A program made the position numbers and the translations under genes. From assembly GCA_963823555.1 (NCBI GenBank), contig CAWGMA010000001.1, positions 1,792,001-1,856,000 on the forward strand: 64,000 bases of DNA, given 5' to 3'. Below the pieces are notes generated by a model. It searched no databases and had not been told where the DNA came from. It worked only from the letters and a program-made list of their open reading frames with translations. Within the stretch, counting starts at the first letter, position 1, and every line of letters starts with the position of its first letter. Positions 60,623 through 64,000 of the stretch are shown one piece after another. This DNA is from Candidatus Eiseniibacteriota bacterium. Lineage in GTDB: Bacteria > Eisenbacteria > RBG-16-71-46 > CAVPCR01.

Positions 60623-61981
60623 ATGATCCCAGCCCCCTCCATCCCTTCGCAGTTCCGCGATTTCCTGCGGGCCCGGATACGCCTGGGCAGCCGCTTCAGG
60701 GCCCGACTAGCCGAGCTGAACCGCACCGAGCGCCTCGGCTCCGGGGATCTGGAAGCCTTCCAGCTGGCTGCCTTGCGACAGGCCCTGGTCCGGGCTGGGC
60801 GATCGGTGCCTTACTACCGCCGGCTGTTCGCCGATATCGGGTTTGACCCGGCCGCGATCTCCTCGCTGGCCGATCTGACGAGCCTGCCCACCATCGATAA
60901 GGCCCGCGTCCGCGAACGACCGGCCGAGTTCCGCGATCATTCGATCCTGTTCACGACCCGCGGCTATACGAGCGGAACGACCGGCACGCCGCTCGTCGTC
61001 CAGCGCGACCTCGACAGCGTTATTCATGAAAATGCCATGATTTGGCGCCAGCGCCTGTGGTTCGGCGTGAAGCCCGGCGATCGCATCGCGGTCCTCCGCG
61101 GGGAGGTCGTCACACCCGCGGCGAACACAGGGCCGCCCTTCTGGCGCGAGGACCGGTTCGCCCGCGAGCTCGTCCTCTCGAGCCATCACCTGGCGCCGCA
61201 GCATGCAGCGGCCTACCACCAGGCGCTCACGCGGTTCGCCCCTGCCGCCCTCTATGCGTATCCCTCCTCGGCAGGCGAACTGGCCCGCCTGTTCCGGGAC
61301 CAGCGGCTCGATCCACCTCCCCTGCGCGCCGTCTTCACAGCCTCGGAGACGCTCCGCAGGGAAGACGGGGAGATCATCGCGCACGTCTTCCGCGCCCCGG
61401 TCGTCGATCGCTATGGCAACGCCGAGCGCACACTGGCCGGCGGGCACTGCGAACGTGGTGGCTATCACATGTGGACCGACTGCACGTTGCTCGAGCTCTT
61501 ACCGGCGATCGAGGACAGTGCCGAGATGGTGGGAACGCCGCTCACGGGGCGAGCCATGCCGCTCTTCCGCTACCGAACCGGGGATCACGCCACCGGTGGA
61601 GCGCCGCCCTGTCCCTGCGGCCGCGTCTTCCCAGTCGTCGAGCGCGTTGAAGGCCGCCTGGACCCTCTTCTCGTGACCCCGGACGGCCGACGCATCGGGC
61701 GGCTGGATCATGTGTGGAAGGGAGTTGAGCACATCTCCTCCGGCCAGATCGTGCAGGAGGCGGACCTCACGGTGCGTCTCAAGGTCGTCCCTGAACCCGG
61801 CTATTCAGAGGTGGATCGCAGCCTGATCACCGCCCATGCCAGGGATCGCCTCGGCCCCGGAATGAACATCATCGTCGAAGAGGTCGATCGCCTCCCACGA
61901 ACCCGGAGCGGAAAGTTCCAGGCGGTGGTCAGCCTCGTGGAAGAGAGCGACGATGAGAGATCCGGGGGACGCGAGCCCTGA
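60623..61981 (+). CDS. Phenylacetate-CoA ligase-like/CapK family adenylate-forming protein
   Basis: VPYYR, TSGTTGTP, YAYPSS, RYGNAE, MPLFRYRTGD and SGKFQ motifs. Confidence 0.88.
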   Translation: MIPAPSIPSQFRDFLRARIRLGSRFRARLAELNRTERLGSGDLEAFQLAALRQALVRAGRSVPYYRRLFADIGFDPAAISSLADLTSLPTIDKARVRERPAEFRDHSILFTTRGYTSGTTGTPLVVQRDLDSVIHENAMIWRQRLWFGVKPGDRIAVLRGEVVTPAANTGPPFWREDRFARELVLSSHHLAPQHAAAYHQALTRFAPAALYAYPSSAGELARLFRDQRLDPPPLRAVFTASETLRREDGEIIAHVFRAPVVDRYGNAERTLAGGHCERGGYHMWTDCTLLELLPAIEDSAEMVGTPLTGRAMPLFRYRTGDHATGGAPPCPCGRVFPVVERVEGRLDPLLVTPDGRRIGRLDHVWKGVEHISSGQIVQEADLTVRLKVVPEPGYSEVDRSLITAHARDRLGPGMNIIVEEVDRLPRTRSGKFQAVVSLVEESDDERSGGREP

Positions 61982-62017
61982 TTCCCGGGGTCCGGCGCGC
62001 CCCGGCCAGGATGTTCG

Positions 62018-63496
62018 TCAGACCTGACCGGGTCGGTTCCATTCGACCGCGCCGATCCAGCCGAAATGGGGACGGAACGCCAGGGACGGGGCGGCGGAAT
62101 CGAGGTCCGGGAGGGGGATGTTGCTCCTCACGTCGATCGCCGATGGCGAGAATCGAGCGAGCGCCAGCTCCGTGGGCGCGAAGGCCTCCGCGACGATCTT
62201 CACCCGGCGCGGGTCGAAACCCATGATTCGTGTCGCCACCCAGTCACAGGCCGCCGGATTGAACCCGGCGATGATGAGACCTGACGGGCGCGCATCGGCA
62301 GCCATCGGACCATTGCCCTCCCCCCCGATGATGCCGTCGATCAAGCTCAGGTAGCCGGAGCGCGGCCCGGCCGCAAGGCGACCGTCCGGATGGGCGTAGA
62401 GGAGCACCTTGGCTAGATCGAGGGCCATCCGCCACGTGGTGTCGTTGCCGTGCCAGTTGCCGCTGCGCACGACCTCCTCCGTATCCCCGAACACGCGAGC
62501 GCCCACGAGTCGCAGCTGGCGGGCCAGTTCGAGCACGGGACGGGAGCGCCGCGGCAAGAGCGGCTTCAGGCGGTTCAGGAGGCGCATCTCGAGCCCGGCA
62601 CGGCCGTGGGCTGCCGGGTACTGATCGCCCCCGCGGTCCGGTGCGCCGAGGGCGTAGTGCGGGAGCCAGTTCTTGTTGCCGTTGAGACCCACCAGGTTCT
62701 TGAGACTCAGGGTGACCCCGCACTTCTTGTGCGTCTTCAGCTTCGGCAGGTTGATGACGACATCGGCCGCCAGCGCGGATGTGGAGAACATGTAGGCGTG
62801 CCGCTCTCCGCGATGGTGGCGATTGGTCTCCTCGGTGTCGTAGTCGGCTCCATAGTAGACTCGCCCGTCGAGGCCGTAGAACATCGAACGCTGGCCGAGA
62901 TCGACCTCGGTCGTGCCCATGGGATCGCCTGCCGCCGTGGTCCGCTCGAGAATGACCCCATCGCGCGACAGCCACCGGCTCGACCGGAGATCGACCACCT
63001 CGATGGCGATCGGCAGGCGCTCGCCCACGAAGGAGCGGATCTCCTCGAGACCCATCCGTGCTGCGATGAGCTCGAAATCGGAATCGGTCTGCGGAGCATC
63101 GGCGATCAGAACCCGACCGCGGCCGGCCAGAGCGATCGCCACGTAGTCGAGAACCGCGCGCACCACCGAGCCATGGGTGATGATCTGCTCCCACTCCGCC
63201 GGCCGGTTGATATGCGACTCGCGAATCATGTTCGGCTTCAAGAGCACCGTCGCGCCCGGCCGCACGAGCTCGCCGAGCGGATTCCAGTCCCTGGTGCCGA
63301 AGCGGGCGGCGTCCAGACCGAGGAGACGCCAGGCCTCGCGGACACCAGCATAGGCGGGATTGGGCTCGTCCCCGGTCATACCCGGGAACGGGGATTCGGG
63401 ATAGGCGATCTCCGGGTGATACGGCGGCCGCCGCGCGTAGCTCGGCTCGCCGCGATACACGGCGACCTCGCGCCGATCCAGGATCGAGGGGGTCAT
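62018..63496 (-). CDS. DUF362 domain protein
   Basis: VLLKPN, INLPKLKTHKKCGVTLSLKNLVG and DGIIGGEGNGP motifs. Confidence 0.88.
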   Translation of the reverse strand: MTPSILDRREVAVYRGEPSYARRPPYHPEIAYPESPFPGMTGDEPNPAYAGVREAWRLLGLDAARFGTRDWNPLGELVRPGATVLLKPNMIRESHINRPAEWEQIITHGSVVRAVLDYVAIALAGRGRVLIADAPQTDSDFELIAARMGLEEIRSFVGERLPIAIEVVDLRSSRWLSRDGVILERTTAAGDPMGTTEVDLGQRSMFYGLDGRVYYGADYDTEETNRHHRGERHAYMFSTSALAADVVINLPKLKTHKKCGVTLSLKNLVGLNGNKNWLPHYALGAPDRGGDQYPAAHGRAGLEMRLLNRLKPLLPRRSRPVLELARQLRLVGARVFGDTEEVVRSGNWHGNDTTWRMALDLAKVLLYAHPDGRLAAGPRSGYLSLIDGIIGGEGNGPMAADARPSGLIIAGFNPAACDWVATRIMGFDPRRVKIVAEAFAPTELALARFSPSAIDVRSNIPLPDLDSAAPSLAFRPHFGWIGAVEWNRPGQV

Positions 63497-64000
63497 GAGC
63501 TGGCCTCCGGACCCCGACCCGCCGCGGAGTTGGCCTGTCGTGAATAGCGAGCGGAACGACCACGATGCCGGGCGTGGACCGCTTCGAGCTCGGCGACGAG
63601 GCGGCCGATGGCCACGTCCCGATCGAACTCGCCAACGGCCCTCTTCCGCCCGCGTTCCCCCATCGCCTGACGCAGGGCGGGATCGGCGACCAGCCGCCGG
63701 ATGGTCTGGACCAGGGTCTCCCGGTCCCGCGGCGCCATGAGGAATCCCTCCTCGCCGTCGGCGATCATCTCCGGGATGGTGCCTACTCGCGTCGAGATGA
63801 CCGGCAGCCCGGCCGCCATCGCCTCGATCAGGACCACGGGCTGGTTCTCCAGATGCGACGGCAGGATGAAGATGTCCGCCTCGGCGAAGGCCCGGAGCTT
63901 GGCGTCTCCGGTGATGGTACCGAGCAGCGTGATATGCGGGGTCAGTTCCTGGTCCGCGATGAAGCTCCTGATCTCGCGCTCAACGGCCGGGAACTCGGCG
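63493..64000 (-). CDS. GT4 glycosyltransferase (5'-partial)
   Basis: ADIFILPSHLENQPVVLIEAMAAGLPVIST. The frame is open to the window edge. Confidence 0.88.
   Translation of the reverse strand, partial: AEFPAVEREIRSFIADQELTPHITLLGTITGDAKLRAFAEADIFILPSHLENQPVVLIEAMAAGLPVISTRVGTIPEMIADGEEGFLMAPRDRETLVQTIRRLVADPALRQAMGERGRKRAVGEFDRDVAIGRLVAELEAVHARHRGRSARYSRQANSAAGRGPEASS

Noticed and set aside
288..63635. Many long ORFs antisense to or overlapping the called genes (e.g. 2823-4964+, 8683-10728+, 11294-13375+, 21581-23866+, 26593-28866+, 45620-47629+)
   Set aside because: Shadow frames typical of high-GC DNA. They have no motifs, and each overlaps a gene with clear family signatures.
1..64000. 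CRISPR array, rRNA, IS element, integrase or prophage
   Set aside because: No regularly spaced direct repeats, cas genes, transposase or recombinase motifs, or phage genes were seen.

Overview
A GC-rich diderm bacterial chromosome segment. Three secreted proteins end in FlgD-Ig/T9SS-type C-terminal domains and there is a PorV-like barrel, which points to an FCB-related candidate lineage such as Eisenbacteria or Latescibacteria (inference). From left to right: (1) 1-11133, a minus-strand envelope operon with a candidate sigma54 promoter, encoding a ~1000-aa Ig-repeat protein with a sorting CTD, a PorV-like barrel fused to a FlgD-type Ig domain, a ~1050-aa TPR protein, ExbB, two ExbD, TonB and a secreted FlgD-Ig/OmpA-like protein. 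This is the best candidate for an undescribed system, a Ton-motor-coupled T9SS-like machine. (2) class II ribonucleotide reductase nrdJ. (3) A reduced complex I operon, nuoA-E-H-J-K-L-M-N, behind a Rex-like operator. (4) thrS. (5) tRNA-Gly/Cys/Leu in glyW-cysT-leuZ order, but separated by a Tat molybdoenzyme pair, a cation:proton antiporter, a kinase/c-di-GMP pair and a secreted deiminase. (6) lysC, a BtpA-family gene, a phosphoesterase, a radical SAM enzyme, an FG-GAP protein, glgA-galT and a SPOR lipoprotein. (7) An ~18 kb surface glycan cluster running off the right edge. The two largest genes of the first operon each carry a single-base frameshift, probably a sequencing error. No CRISPR array, rRNA, integrase or IS element was seen.
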